Of a stretch of 20,000 bases of DNA, positions 9,246-17,807 are shown one piece after another. The DNA comes from Actinobacteria bacterium UBA7524 (GTDB taxonomy: Bacteria; Actinomycetota; Coriobacteriia; Anaerosomatales; UBA912). The DNA is taken from assembly GCA_002478275.1 (NCBI GenBank), contig DLMY01000036.1, positions 50,210 through 70,209 on the forward strand, read 5' to 3'. A model generated the notes under the pieces. It made no database searches and was not told the DNA's origin. It was given only the letters and a program-made list of their open reading frames with translations. Every line of letters begins with the position of its first letter. The stretch's first letter is position 1. Position numbers and translations under genes: made by a program.

Positions 9246-9422
9246 CTACTCGGTGTCGATTACCTCTTTGCCGTTATAGTACCCGCACTCGGCACATACC
9301 CGATGCGGGAGTTTCGGCTGATGGCATTGTGGGCAGGTCGACTTGGCGGGCGCTTCGATGATATGTGTCGACCGGCGCGAGTGCGTCTTCGAGCGGCCTG
9401 TTTTCCTCTTGGGGACTGGCAT
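9246..9422 (-). CDS. rpmF: 50S ribosomal protein L32 (Zn-ribbon form)
   Basis: MPVPKRKTGRSKTHSRRS...CPQC...PHRVCAECGYY; 58 aa from ATG 9422. Confidence 0.97.
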   Translation of the reverse strand: MPVPKRKTGRSKTHSRRSTHIIEAPAKSTCPQCHQPKLPHRVCAECGYYNGKEVIDTE

Positions 9423-9520
9423 CTTTCCTCGTGCTCCTTTCGGCGGGGTCACATACCCCGGCGGCTGTCCTTGGCTCATCCGGTCATCGGCCACAGGGCC
9501 GTGGAACCAGACGGTCGCAC

Positions 9521-9529
9521 ATGATATCA
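9521..9529 (-). promoter_or_regulatory. putative extended -10 promoter for rpmF
   Basis: TG-A-TATCAT on the minus strand between the yceD stop and rpmF. Confidence 0.45.
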
Positions 9530-9547
9530 CACGGACGCCACGGACGG

Positions 9548-10084
9548 TCACTCTGGCGTGTCTGCGTCCTCCAGTAAGCTCTTGAGCACGCCGAACGGGC
9601 CCTCGGTCGACGTGTCGGGAGTACACCCGCATGCGCCCTGGTTGAGATCACACCCGCACGTCGGACAGATGCCCATGCAGTCTTCGGCGTGCAGAGGCGC
9701 GAGAGGCAATTCCACCCTGATAGCAGCGAGGACAGCGGGCATCAGGTCCACGGAGTCGTCCGTGAGCGGTTCCCACTCCTGATCCTCGGGCAGACCCTCG
9801 GCGTGCTGAGGGGTGGTGTAGAGGCCCTCCACTGAACCCTTGACGTGAAGGACGAACGACTCGAGGCAGCGGGAACAGTCGGTCCGCAGGTCGATGAGAG
9901 CGTGCCCTTGTGCGACCACTCCCGTACCCGTGTTGGTGAGATTGACATCCAGCTTCACCGGACCTGCCGGGTCGAACGTGATGTCTCCGAATTCGATAGC
10001 GTCGATGGACACGTCGGCCTCGACCGCGACGGAAGCGCCAAGGTCATGCAGGATGTCTCCGACGTCTACGCGATAGGGCTCCAT
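9548..10084 (-). CDS. yceD: DUF177/YceD family protein
   Basis: CSRCL and DCMGICPTCGCDLNQGACGC motifs; canonical position upstream of rpmF. Confidence 0.92.
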   Translation of the reverse strand: MEPYRVDVGDILHDLGASVAVEADVSIDAIEFGDITFDPAGPVKLDVNLTNTGTGVVAQGHALIDLRTDCSRCLESFVLHVKGSVEGLYTTPQHAEGLPEDQEWEPLTDDSVDLMPAVLAAIRVELPLAPLHAEDCMGICPTCGCDLNQGACGCTPDTSTEGPFGVLKSLLEDADTPE

Positions 10085-10099
10085 GATGGATACAGCGCG

Positions 10100-10561
10100 C
10101 TACTGGCGCTGGCCGCCCACCTTCCCCTGAAGGCGATCGCGTCCGCGCTGTACGGCAGTCAGCAGCTTGCCGAGGTTCACTTCGAGATTCGCCAGCATCT
10201 CGTCGGCGTAGTCCTCTGCACCGAGACGGATCTCCCGCTCCTTGGCACGGGCATCATCGAGGATAGCGGCCGCCTGCTGCTCGCTCATCTTGACGATCTC
10301 TTGCTCACTCGCGATCGCCTGGGCGCGATCTCTCGCTTCTTCCAGGATGCGGTTGGCTTCCTTCTCCGCCTCCTCGAGCATCTCCTGGCGCTCCTTGACG
10401 ATCCAGCGCGCCTGCTTCAGCTCGTCCGGGAACTGAGCCCGGATCTCATCGATGATCTCGTAGACCTTCTCGGGATCGACCATCTTGGAGCTGGCGAACG
10501 GCAGCGACCTTCCGCTGTCCACGAGCTCTTCGATCCGGTCTATCAAGGCCATGATGTCCAT
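10100..10561 (-). CDS. conserved coiled-coil protein (SepIVA/DivIVA-like; often auto-annotated as ATPase subunit-like)
   Basis: LIDRIEELV...LPF...P.ELKQARWIVKER...GAEDYADEML...RGR signature; conserved coaD-X-yceD position; GGAGG SD. Confidence 0.8.
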   Translation of the reverse strand: MDIMALIDRIEELVDSGRSLPFASSKMVDPEKVYEIIDEIRAQFPDELKQARWIVKERQEMLEEAEKEANRILEEARDRAQAIASEQEIVKMSEQQAAAILDDARAKEREIRLGAEDYADEMLANLEVNLGKLLTAVQRGRDRLQGKVGGQRQ

Positions 10562-10573
10562 ATAGGTCCTCCC

Positions 10574-11065
10574 TCAGCGGGACGATGTCAGCCTGTCACG
10601 CAGCTGCATGCTCACTATTTCCGGTACTAATCCTCGTACATCCCCCCCGTGCCTGGCGATCTCTTTGACCGCCGAGGAGCTCAGGTACATGTACTCAGGT
10701 ATCGCCATTATGAACATCGTCTCGATCTTGCTGTCGAGGCGGTAGTTCAGTTGTGCCATCTGGAACTCACGTTCGAAGTCGGTCACGGCTCTCAGACCCT
10801 TGATGATCACCGATGCCCCTACCTCGTGTGCAAGATCCACCAATAGGGTATCAAAAGGACGCACCGATACGTTAGGGAGATGCGCGGTCGCGTTCTCGAT
10901 GAAGGAGACCCGCTCTTCGATCGTGAACAGAGGTCCTCCGCCCTTGTCCGGACTCAGGGCGACACCGACCACGAGTTCGTCGACTATGCCCGACGCGCGC
11001 TCGATGATGTCGAGATGTCCCGATGTGACTGGGTCGAACGTGCCCGGACACAGTCCGCGCTTCAT
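10574..11065 (-). CDS. coaD: phosphopantetheine adenylyltransferase
   Basis: PGTFDPVTSGH, KGLRAVTDFERE, LSSSAVKE. Confidence 0.97.
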   Translation of the reverse strand: MKRGLCPGTFDPVTSGHLDIIERASGIVDELVVGVALSPDKGGGPLFTIEERVSFIENATAHLPNVSVRPFDTLLVDLAHEVGASVIIKGLRAVTDFEREFQMAQLNYRLDSKIETMFIMAIPEYMYLSSSAVKEIARHGGDVRGLVPEIVSMQLRDRLTSSR

Positions 11066-11637
11066 GAGTTCTCCTCGGCGAGCTGTCCGATATCAACCTC
11101 TGTGGAACCGTAGCGCCTGGCGCCGAGTGACTCGAACCCCTCAGGCCACAGGGGATCGGTGCCCACCGGATACTCCCAGGTCACGATTGCTCCCTCCACA
11201 AGGAGTCCATGGCCTCGCAGTCCCTCGATGAGAGCCCTGACCTCAGCCTTGTCGATTCTATAGGGCGGGTCGAGAAGAATCAACGAGTACGGTGCATTGC
11301 CGCAGGCGCGCCGGGCGTATGCCACCTTGAAGGCGTCGCCCCGGACGATCTCGGACATCTGCCCGAGATCAAGTCGATCGACGTTCTCGCGCAGAGTCCC
11401 GAGCGCCGCCCGTGCCTGTTCGATGAACACGACTGAATCCGCACCTCGTGAAAGGGCTTCGATACCGAGTGCGCCGCTACCGGCGAAGGCATCAAGGACA
11501 CGTGCTTCGCGGACTGCGCCCAGCGACTCCAGTCGACTGAACAACGCTTCCCGCACGCGGTCCGAGGTCGGACGTGTGAGCACGCCTTCGGGGGCGCTGA
11601 TACGCCTGCCACCGTGGATGCCGGCGACGACCCTCAT
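11062..11637 (-). CDS. rsmD: 16S rRNA (guanine(966)-N2)-methyltransferase
   Basis: RPTSDRVREALF, LDAFAGSGALGIEALSRGA, DPPY. Start ATG 11637 overlaps the recG stop (ATGA). Confidence 0.95.
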   Translation of the reverse strand: MRVVAGIHGGRRISAPEGVLTRPTSDRVREALFSRLESLGAVREARVLDAFAGSGALGIEALSRGADSVVFIEQARAALGTLRENVDRLDLGQMSEIVRGDAFKVAYARRACGNAPYSLILLDPPYRIDKAEVRALIEGLRGHGLLVEGAIVTWEYPVGTDPLWPEGFESLGARRYGSTEVDIGQLAEENS

Positions 11638-13875
11638 CCGCTGCTCACCCACTTCCATGCCTCTCCGAAACGGACGCGCACCTCGCGAGCCAGAAGGGCG
11701 TTCCTGGGATCGGAAAGCGTCGGGTCCGCATGGACGATCCTGGCCGCGTCGTCGCGAGTCTGCTCGAGGATCCTGACGTCGTCGGCAAGGGAAGCGAGCT
11801 TGAACTGAGGAAGCCCTGACTGTCGTGAGCCGAACAGGTCCCCCTGACCCCGCAGCTCCATGTCCAGCTCGGCCAAGGCGAACCCGTCATCAGTGGATTC
11901 TATGGCAGCCATGCGCTCGCGGCCCTCATCGGTCTTGGGGTCGGCGAACAACATGAACGTCCCCGGGTGCTCGCCCCTGCCGATACGCCCCCTAAGTTGA
12001 TGGAGCTGGGCAAGGCCGAACCTTTCCGCGTCTTCGACGATCATGATCGTCGCGTTGGGCACATCGACTCCTACCTCGATCACTGTCGTGGAGACCAGCA
12101 CGTCGATGTCACCCTCACGGAAGCGATTCATCGCATCGAGCTTCTCGGAAGGACGCATCTTGCCGGTGATCAGTCCCACGCGCAGGTCGCGGAAGACGTC
12201 GCGCTCCAGTCTGCGGGCTTCTCGCACAGCCGACCGGACCTGGAGTTCGTCGGATTCATCCACCAGCGGACAGACGACGTATGTCTGCCGTCCGTTCTTC
12301 GCGGCTTGACGGACCTCGGCATACGCGTCCTCGCGCCTGGAATGGGGGACGAGCCGGGTTGTCACATGTCCCGGGCCATGCGCTCCGGGACGTGCCCTGA
12401 GGTAGGACACGGCAAGATCTCCGTACAGCGTCAGTGCGAGTGTGCGGGGTATTGGCGTCGCGGTCATCACGAGGAGATCGACTCCGCGACCCTTCCCCCT
12501 CAGACCGAGCCTCTGACCGACTCCGAAACGATGCTGCTCGTCGACGATGGCCAGGGAGAGGTTCGCGAATCTCACCGAGGCTTCAAGAAGCGCGTGGGTG
12601 CCGAACAAGACCGTGCACTCCCCGCATGCCACCTCGTCGAGGATCTGCCGTCGGCGACTCGCGGGTGTCGAACCTGTGAGAAGCTCCCAGCGGACGCCGA
12701 CGTCCTCAAGCAACGGGCCGAGTTTGTCGGCGTATTGCTGGGCCAACACTTCGGTCGGCGCCATCATGGCAGCCTGGGTGGCAGTGTCCGCGCAGGCGAC
12801 AAGGGCATGAGCCGCGACGTACGTCTTTCCGGTGCCGACATCTCCGAGAAGCATCCGGTTCATCGGCGAGGACTGAGCCATATCTGCGAGTACCTCATCT
12901 ACCGCCTGAGACTGATCCGCTGTGAGAGTGACCGGGAGCGCGCTCGCAAGCGTCTCCATCGCAGGCCCGTCGATCCTGTGGGAGATTCCGGGCGAGTCCA
13001 CCGTCAGTCGGTGTCTGCGCACGGCCATCCCTATCTGGAGACAAAGCAGCTCGTCGTAGACCAGACGAGTGCGAGCCTGCTCGAGGGAGTCGGCATCTTG
13101 CGGAAAGTGGATGGAACGAAGAGCCTCGGCACGTGACGTGAGTCCCCGCTCGATCCGCAAAGCCACGGGGAGATGATCGGGAAGGCAGCCGAACTCATCG
13201 AGCGCAGCACTGATGAGACGTCTCATCCACTGCGNNNNNNNNNNNNNNNNNNNNNNNNNNNNNNNNNNNNNNNNNNNNNNNNNNNNNNNNNNNNNNNNNN
13301 NNNNNNNNNNNNNNNNNNNNNNNNNNNNNNNNNNNNNNNNNGATGAGACGTCTCATCCACTGCGTCGTCAGTCCCTCCGTCACGCGATGGACCGGCAGTA
13401 TCCGCGCAAGCGCGATGCCTTCCGCGCCGACGCCGAGCCTCTCGACGAAGGGATTCCGTATCTGCAGCATGCCATAGTCGAACAGCACGGTGCCGGCAAG
13501 AGCGACGCGTTCCCCCTCGACGAAGCGCTTGCCCATGTATGGCTGATTGAACCAGACGCCAAGCAGTACCCCGCCGGACTCATCCGACAATGCCACTTCG
13601 ACGATGTGCAGTTTCGGCCGTGGTCGCTTGACCGTGACCTGGCGGACGATGCCGGCGACGGTCACGTCCTGTCCGATACGCACGTCGCTCAAGGGGAGGA
13701 CTGTCGTCAGGTCGATGTACCTGAACGGATAGTGCTCCACGAGGTCCCCGATGGTGCGGATCCCGAGACGCTCGAGGGCCTCTGAGCGTGCGCCCTCCAC
13801 ATACCTGACTCGTGAGACAGGTAGCGACATTGCGACCAGAGCTTCGGCCCTGGGCGAGTGTGGCTCGCCCGTCAC
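11634..13875 (-). CDS. recG: ATP-dependent DNA helicase RecG (split by an assembly gap, intact when collapsed)
   Basis: GDVGTGKT, DEQHRFG, TATPIPRT, QLRGRIGRG motifs; N-terminal wedge (YPFRY, WFNQPY). Removing 107 N plus the 23-nt duplicate gives 2112 nt = 703 aa from GTG 13875 (GGAG SD). Confidence 0.95.
13212..13364. other. scaffold gap (107 N) with 23-nt flanking duplication
   Basis: gatgagacgtctcatccactgcg at 13212-13234 and 13342-13364. Confidence 0.95.
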
Positions 13876-13883
13876 AGCGGCTC

Positions 13884-14894
13884 CTACCGGATCGGGTAGT
13901 ACGCGCAGCCGACGGCTCCCGGTCCCGCATACGTGCCTATGACGGACCCGACGAATCCGGTCGAGTCGATCTCGCAATCGGCTCCTGCCTCGACAAGCGC
14001 ATCCTTGAGCGCGTCAGCAAGCTCAGGGGCACACGCGTGCAGAAACGCCAGTCGGACCTTGCCGGCAGACGAGTCGGCTGCGACCTGGGCCGCAAGCTCA
14101 GCGAACGCCTTCTTCTGACCCTTGACCTTCTTGAAAGGCTCGATGATCCCCTCATCGTTGAAGGTCAGGATCGGCTTGATGTTGAGTACCGATGCCGCCA
14201 GACCCTGGGCCTTGCCGGCGCGCCCACCCTTGACGAGGAACTCCAGAGTGTCCAAGACGAAGTACATGCGCATCGAATCCCGAACGTCGGTCAGTGCGCT
14301 GACAGTCTGATCGGCGTCGGCTCCCTTGTCACGTGCCTCTACGGCGACCTTGACGAGGAGCCCGGTGGCCTGGGAAACCAGTCGCGTGTCGAACACATGC
14401 ACGGGTACTCGAGCGTCGCCGGCGGCCATAGTGGCAGACTCGAACGTGCCCGAGAGTGCGGACGTCAGATGTACCGACACGATCTCGTCGCATCCGGCCT
14501 CGGCAAGACGCTCGTAGACTTCCGCGAAATCAGCAGGCGAAGGCTGTGATGTCTTTGGCAGAGACCGGGCGGCGGAGAGCTTCGAGAAGAACTCCTCGGG
14601 CATCAGATCGACCCAGTCCCTGAACGTCTCGTCGCCGAACAGGACCTTCAGGGGGACCATGATCACATCATGGTCTTCACACCATTGAGGTCCAAGGTCA
14701 CAGGTGCTGTCGCATACNNNNNNNNNNNNNNNNNNNNNNNNNNNNNNNNNNNNNNNNNNNNNNNNNNNNNNNNNNNNNNNNNNNNNNNNNNNNNNNNNNN
14801 NNNNNNNNNNNNNNNNNNNNNNNNNNNNNNNNNNNNNNNNNNNNNNNNNNNNNNNNTCACAGGTGCTGTCGCATACGATACCCAGACGGCTCAT
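13884..14894 (-). CDS. fakB: DegV family fatty-acid-binding protein (FakB)
   Basis: VCDSTCDL, KTSQPSP, SALSGT, LVKGGR, LNIKPIL, GTYAGPG. Collapsing the gap gives 283 aa. Confidence 0.93.
   Translation of the reverse strand: MSRLGIVCDSTCXXXXXXXXXXXXXXXXXXXXXXXXXXXXXXXXXXXXXXXXXXXXXXXVCDSTCDLGPQWCEDHDVIMVPLKVLFGDETFRDWVDLMPEEFFSKLSAARSLPKTSQPSPADFAEVYERLAEAGCDEIVSVHLTSALSGTFESATMAAGDARVPVHVFDTRLVSQATGLLVKVAVEARDKGADADQTVSALTDVRDSMRMYFVLDTLEFLVKGGRAGKAQGLAASVLNIKPILTFNDEGIIEPFKKVKGQKKAFAELAAQVAADSSAGKVRLAFLHACAPELADALKDALVEAGADCEIDSTGFVGSVIGTYAGPGAVGCAYYPIR
14698..14876. other. scaffold gap (139 N) with 20-nt flanking duplication
   Basis: tcacaggtgctgtcgcatac on both sides. Confidence 0.95.
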
Positions 14895-14916
14895 CGCTAT
14901 CCCCTTACAGTCGGGT

Positions 14917-16959
14917 TCATTCGGCGGACACGATCAAGTGATACAGCGGCTGGCCGCCGCGATGGGTCTCGAGTTCGACATCCGGATGCTCATCGGCGAT
15001 ACGAGACGTGAGCCCTTCGAGCTCATGGTCGGAAAGATCCTCCCCGGCCAGGAGTGTGACCGTGTCACCGTCCTGTAGTATCTCGCTGACGAGGCGGCTT
15101 GCGACTTCCTGGACCTCACTACCTATGACCCTGATCGCTCCGTCTGCGATGCCGATCACGTCACCTGTAGCGACAGGGCCCACGTCTGAGCTGGAATCTT
15201 TGATGGCAATCGTGACCTCGCCGGTCCTCACGTGGGTCATGGACTCCGACATCTCGCGCACGTTCTCATCGATGTCTGCGCTCGAATCGAACGCGAGCAT
15301 CGCTGCGAACGCCTGTGGGACGGATCTCGTGGGCACGACCCGGACCGGGATTGACGCGTTCGCGGCGGCTTGTTCGGCCGCCAGGATGATGTTCTTGTTG
15401 TTAGGCAGTATCAGTACGGTCTCTGCATTCGCTCTGCCGACCGCATCGAGCAGCTCGGCGGTCGACGGGTTCATGGTCTGCCCGCCGTTNNNNNNNNNNN
15501 NNNNNNNNNNNNNNNNNNNNNNNNNNNNNNNNNNNNNNNNNNNNNNNNNNNNNNNNNNNNNNNNNNNNNNNNNNNNNNNNNNNNNNNNNNNNNNNNNNNN
15601 NNNNNNNNNNNNNNNNNNNNNNNNNGGGTTCATGGTCTGCCCGCCGTTGACGATGATGTCGGCTCCCAGGCTCTCCAGAATCTCGCGAATCCCGTCACCT
15701 ACAGCGACGGTGACTATCCCTGTAGGCTTGGCAGGACCCCTGCTTGCATCATCCGCCGCCAGACCGGCTGAGCGTTCCGCTGTCTGTCGCCTCATGTTGT
15801 TGACATGGACCTCGCCGACTTCACCGATCGAGGTCATGTACGTGAGGACCGCACCGGGATCATCGGTGTGTACGTGGACCTTGAGGGTCGTCTCGTCGCC
15901 CACCACAAGCTCCGACCCGCCGGCGNNNNNNNNNNNNNNNNNNNNNNNNNNNNNNNNNNNNNNNNNNNNNNNNNNNNNNNNNNNNNNNNNNNNNNNNNNN
16001 NNNNNNNNNNNNNNNNNNNNNNNNNNNNNNNNNNNNNNNNNNNNCCACAAGCTCCGACCCGCCGGCGCCTGCCACGAAATCCTCGACCACGGACCGGTCG
16101 ATCCCGTCGCCGAACAAGAGGAACTCGGTACAGTAGAGATACTCGTCATCGTCCCAATCGTTCTCCGGTATGACTGAGAACGTAGGCGCAGCGGCAAGCT
16201 CGACCTCAGGCAGAACGACCTCCTCGCCCCGGTACGCCGCTACAAGACCCTCGGCGAGAATAGCCAGACCGTAACCTCCGGCGTCTACAACGTTGTTCTC
16301 CTTCAGGACGGGAAGCAGATCGGGCGTCCTGCGCACCGACTCGAACGCCTCTGTGATGATGGCGTCCAGGATATCGTCGAGCGTTCCGCCATCGCGCGAG
16401 GAGCGCCGTGCGGCATTCGCTGCGTCTTTGAGGACGGTAAGCATCGTGCCTTCTACGGGCTTGCGCACGGCCTGGAACGCGACTTCGACGGAGCGTGCCA
16501 TCGCGTCGGTCACTGTCTTCTCGTCGACGACCGTCGCCTCGCCNNNNNNNNNNNNNNNNNNNNNNNNNNNNNNNNNNNNNNNNNNNNNNNNNNNNNNNNN
16601 NNNNNNNNNNNNNNNNNNNNNNNNNNNNNNNNNNNNNNNNNNNNNNNNTCGTCGACGACCGTCGCCTCGCCTACCACATCACACAGTCCGCGAAGCATCT
16701 GGCTGAGTATCACGCCCGAATTGCCGCGAGCACCCATCAGGGACCCGTGGGTTATCGCACCACAGCTGTCGTGGAGCACGGGATCGGGGCCCAGTTCGTC
16801 GAGCGCGACGAGGACGGCATCCATCGTCAACGACATGTTGGTGCCGGTGTCCCCATCTGGAACCGGGAACACGTTGAGCCTGTTGACCTCGTCGATCCTG
16901 TCTTTCAGCGCAGTGGCTGCGGATGCGACCAGGGATCGAAGGGACGGTTGTGTGGACAT
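14917..16959 (-). CDS. fakA: DAK2-domain fatty acid kinase subunit A (three assembly gaps, intact when collapsed)
   Basis: NRLNVFPVPDGDTGTNM, GARGNSGVILSQ, KPVEGTMLTV, VVDAGG, YCTEF, KVHVHT, GGQTMNPST, LPNNKN, GGQPLY. Collapsed length 1614 nt = 537 aa. Confidence 0.94.
15467..16671. other. three scaffold gaps in fakA (136, 119, 105 N), each with a 23-nt flanking duplication
   Basis: Duplicated 23-mers: gggttcatggtctgcccgccgtt; ccacaagctccgacccgccggcg; tcgtcgacgaccgtcgcctcgcc. Confidence 0.95.
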
Positions 16960-16981
16960 GTGCGCTCCGTGTGGTATCAGG

Positions 16982-17329
16982 TCACTTCCGAACCTTGATG
17001 CCCTGGACGTGCACATCGACCGACTCGACGGGGACGTCGGCCATCGATGTGAGCACGTACCGGACCCTGTCAGCAAGATTGTGCGAGACCTCTGTGAGGT
17101 TCGTTCCGTGCTCGATGATGACGTAGAGGTCGACTTTGACGCCGTCCTCGGTACCCTCGATGCAGACGCCTTTGCGCAGCTTGTCCCGGGACAACAGCTG
17201 GGCGACGCCATCGCGCAACGATTGACTGGCCATGCCGACGATGCCGTAACACTCCAGTGCGGCGTAGCCGGCAACATCGGCTAGAACATCGTTGGCGATG
17301 TTGATCTCTCCTTTGACCTTCACACTCAT
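16982..17329 (-). CDS. Asp23/Gls24 family protein (YloU-like)
   Basis: IANDVLADVAGYAALECYGIVGMA...VDVHVQG; 115 aa; canonical rpmB/yloU/fakA context; GAGGAGG SD. Confidence 0.92.
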   Translation of the reverse strand: MSVKVKGEINIANDVLADVAGYAALECYGIVGMASQSLRDGVAQLLSRDKLRKGVCIEGTEDGVKVDLYVIIEHGTNLTEVSHNLADRVRYVLTSMADVPVESVDVHVQGIKVRK

Positions 17330-17434
17330 GGTCGTATCCAGCCCTCCTCGGCGAAGTTCATGCACGATGTCGGAGACCACCCGGCCTGACGATAACCGGC
17401 GTGGCGCCGCGACCGTCAAGCCCGGGTACGAGAC

Positions 17435-17440
17435 AGTATA
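17435..17440 (-). promoter_or_regulatory. putative -10 (TATACT) for the yloU-fakA operon
   Basis: TATACT on the minus strand in the divergent intergenic region; no clear -35. Confidence 0.35.
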
Positions 17441-17501
17441 TCCGAACCGCTGAGCTGACGGCGGCGGGCACGAAGAAGACCGGAGCCTGCCATACGCGCT
17501 G

Positions 17502-17531
17502 TTGTAGCGCAGGTGGAGGGTGTGATAGTAT
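17502..17531 (+). promoter_or_regulatory. putative sigma-70 promoter for rpmB
   Basis: TTGTAG (17502-17507), 18-nt spacer ending in TG-A, then TAGTAT (17526-17531): an extended -10. Confidence 0.5.
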
Positions 17532-17608
17532 CGTCGGGCTTTGCGCAGGAATCACCCACCGGAGCCGCCACACAGCGGTCGGTCCGAGATCGATGAATGG
17601 AGCTAGAG

Positions 17609-17797
17609 ATGTCCAAGGTCTGCAGCGTGTGCGGCAAGCACCCGAGCGCCGGCCGTAACGTGAGCCACTCGCACCGAGTGACCAACCGTATGTTCCATCC
17701 GAACATACAGAAGGTCTCTGCTGTCGTTGACGGTACCGTCAAGAAGATCAACGTCTGCACGAAGTGCATGAAGGCAGGCAAGATCCAGCGCGGCTGA
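17609..17797 (+). CDS. rpmB: 50S ribosomal protein L28 (Zn-ribbon form)
   Basis: [10 protein letters not shown]...GRNVSHSH...PNIQ...[15 protein letters not shown] before ATG 17609. Confidence 0.97.
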   Translation: MSKVCSVCGKHPSAGRNVSHSHRVTNRMFHPNIQKVSAVVDGTVKKINVCTKCMKAGKIQRG

Positions 17798-17807
17798 AGA
17801 CCGGACG

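Noticed and set aside
246..13136. Long plus-strand ORFs (246-1385, 2833-4068, 3554-4936, 6035-7009, 8667-9524, 9845-10630, 11967-13136)
   Set aside because: Antisense shadows of well-supported minus-strand genes in GC-rich DNA; no recognisable motifs.
13212..13227. Perfect 16-bp palindrome GATGAGACGTCTCATC
   Set aside because: It lies in recG coding sequence (MRRLI). One such palindrome in 20 kb is plausible by chance, and the second copy is the gap duplication.
11634..16959. Apparent frameshifts or pseudogenes in recG, fakB and fakA
   Set aside because: All breaks coincide with N gaps; collapsing the duplicated flanks restores full-length frames.
1280..17419. N-terminal extensions given by the ORF track for acpP, fabK, fabH, plsX, rpmF, rsmD, recG, fakA and yloU
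   Set aside because: Downstream starts match family N-termini, have SD motifs or ATGA coupling, and mostly avoid overlaps with upstream genes.
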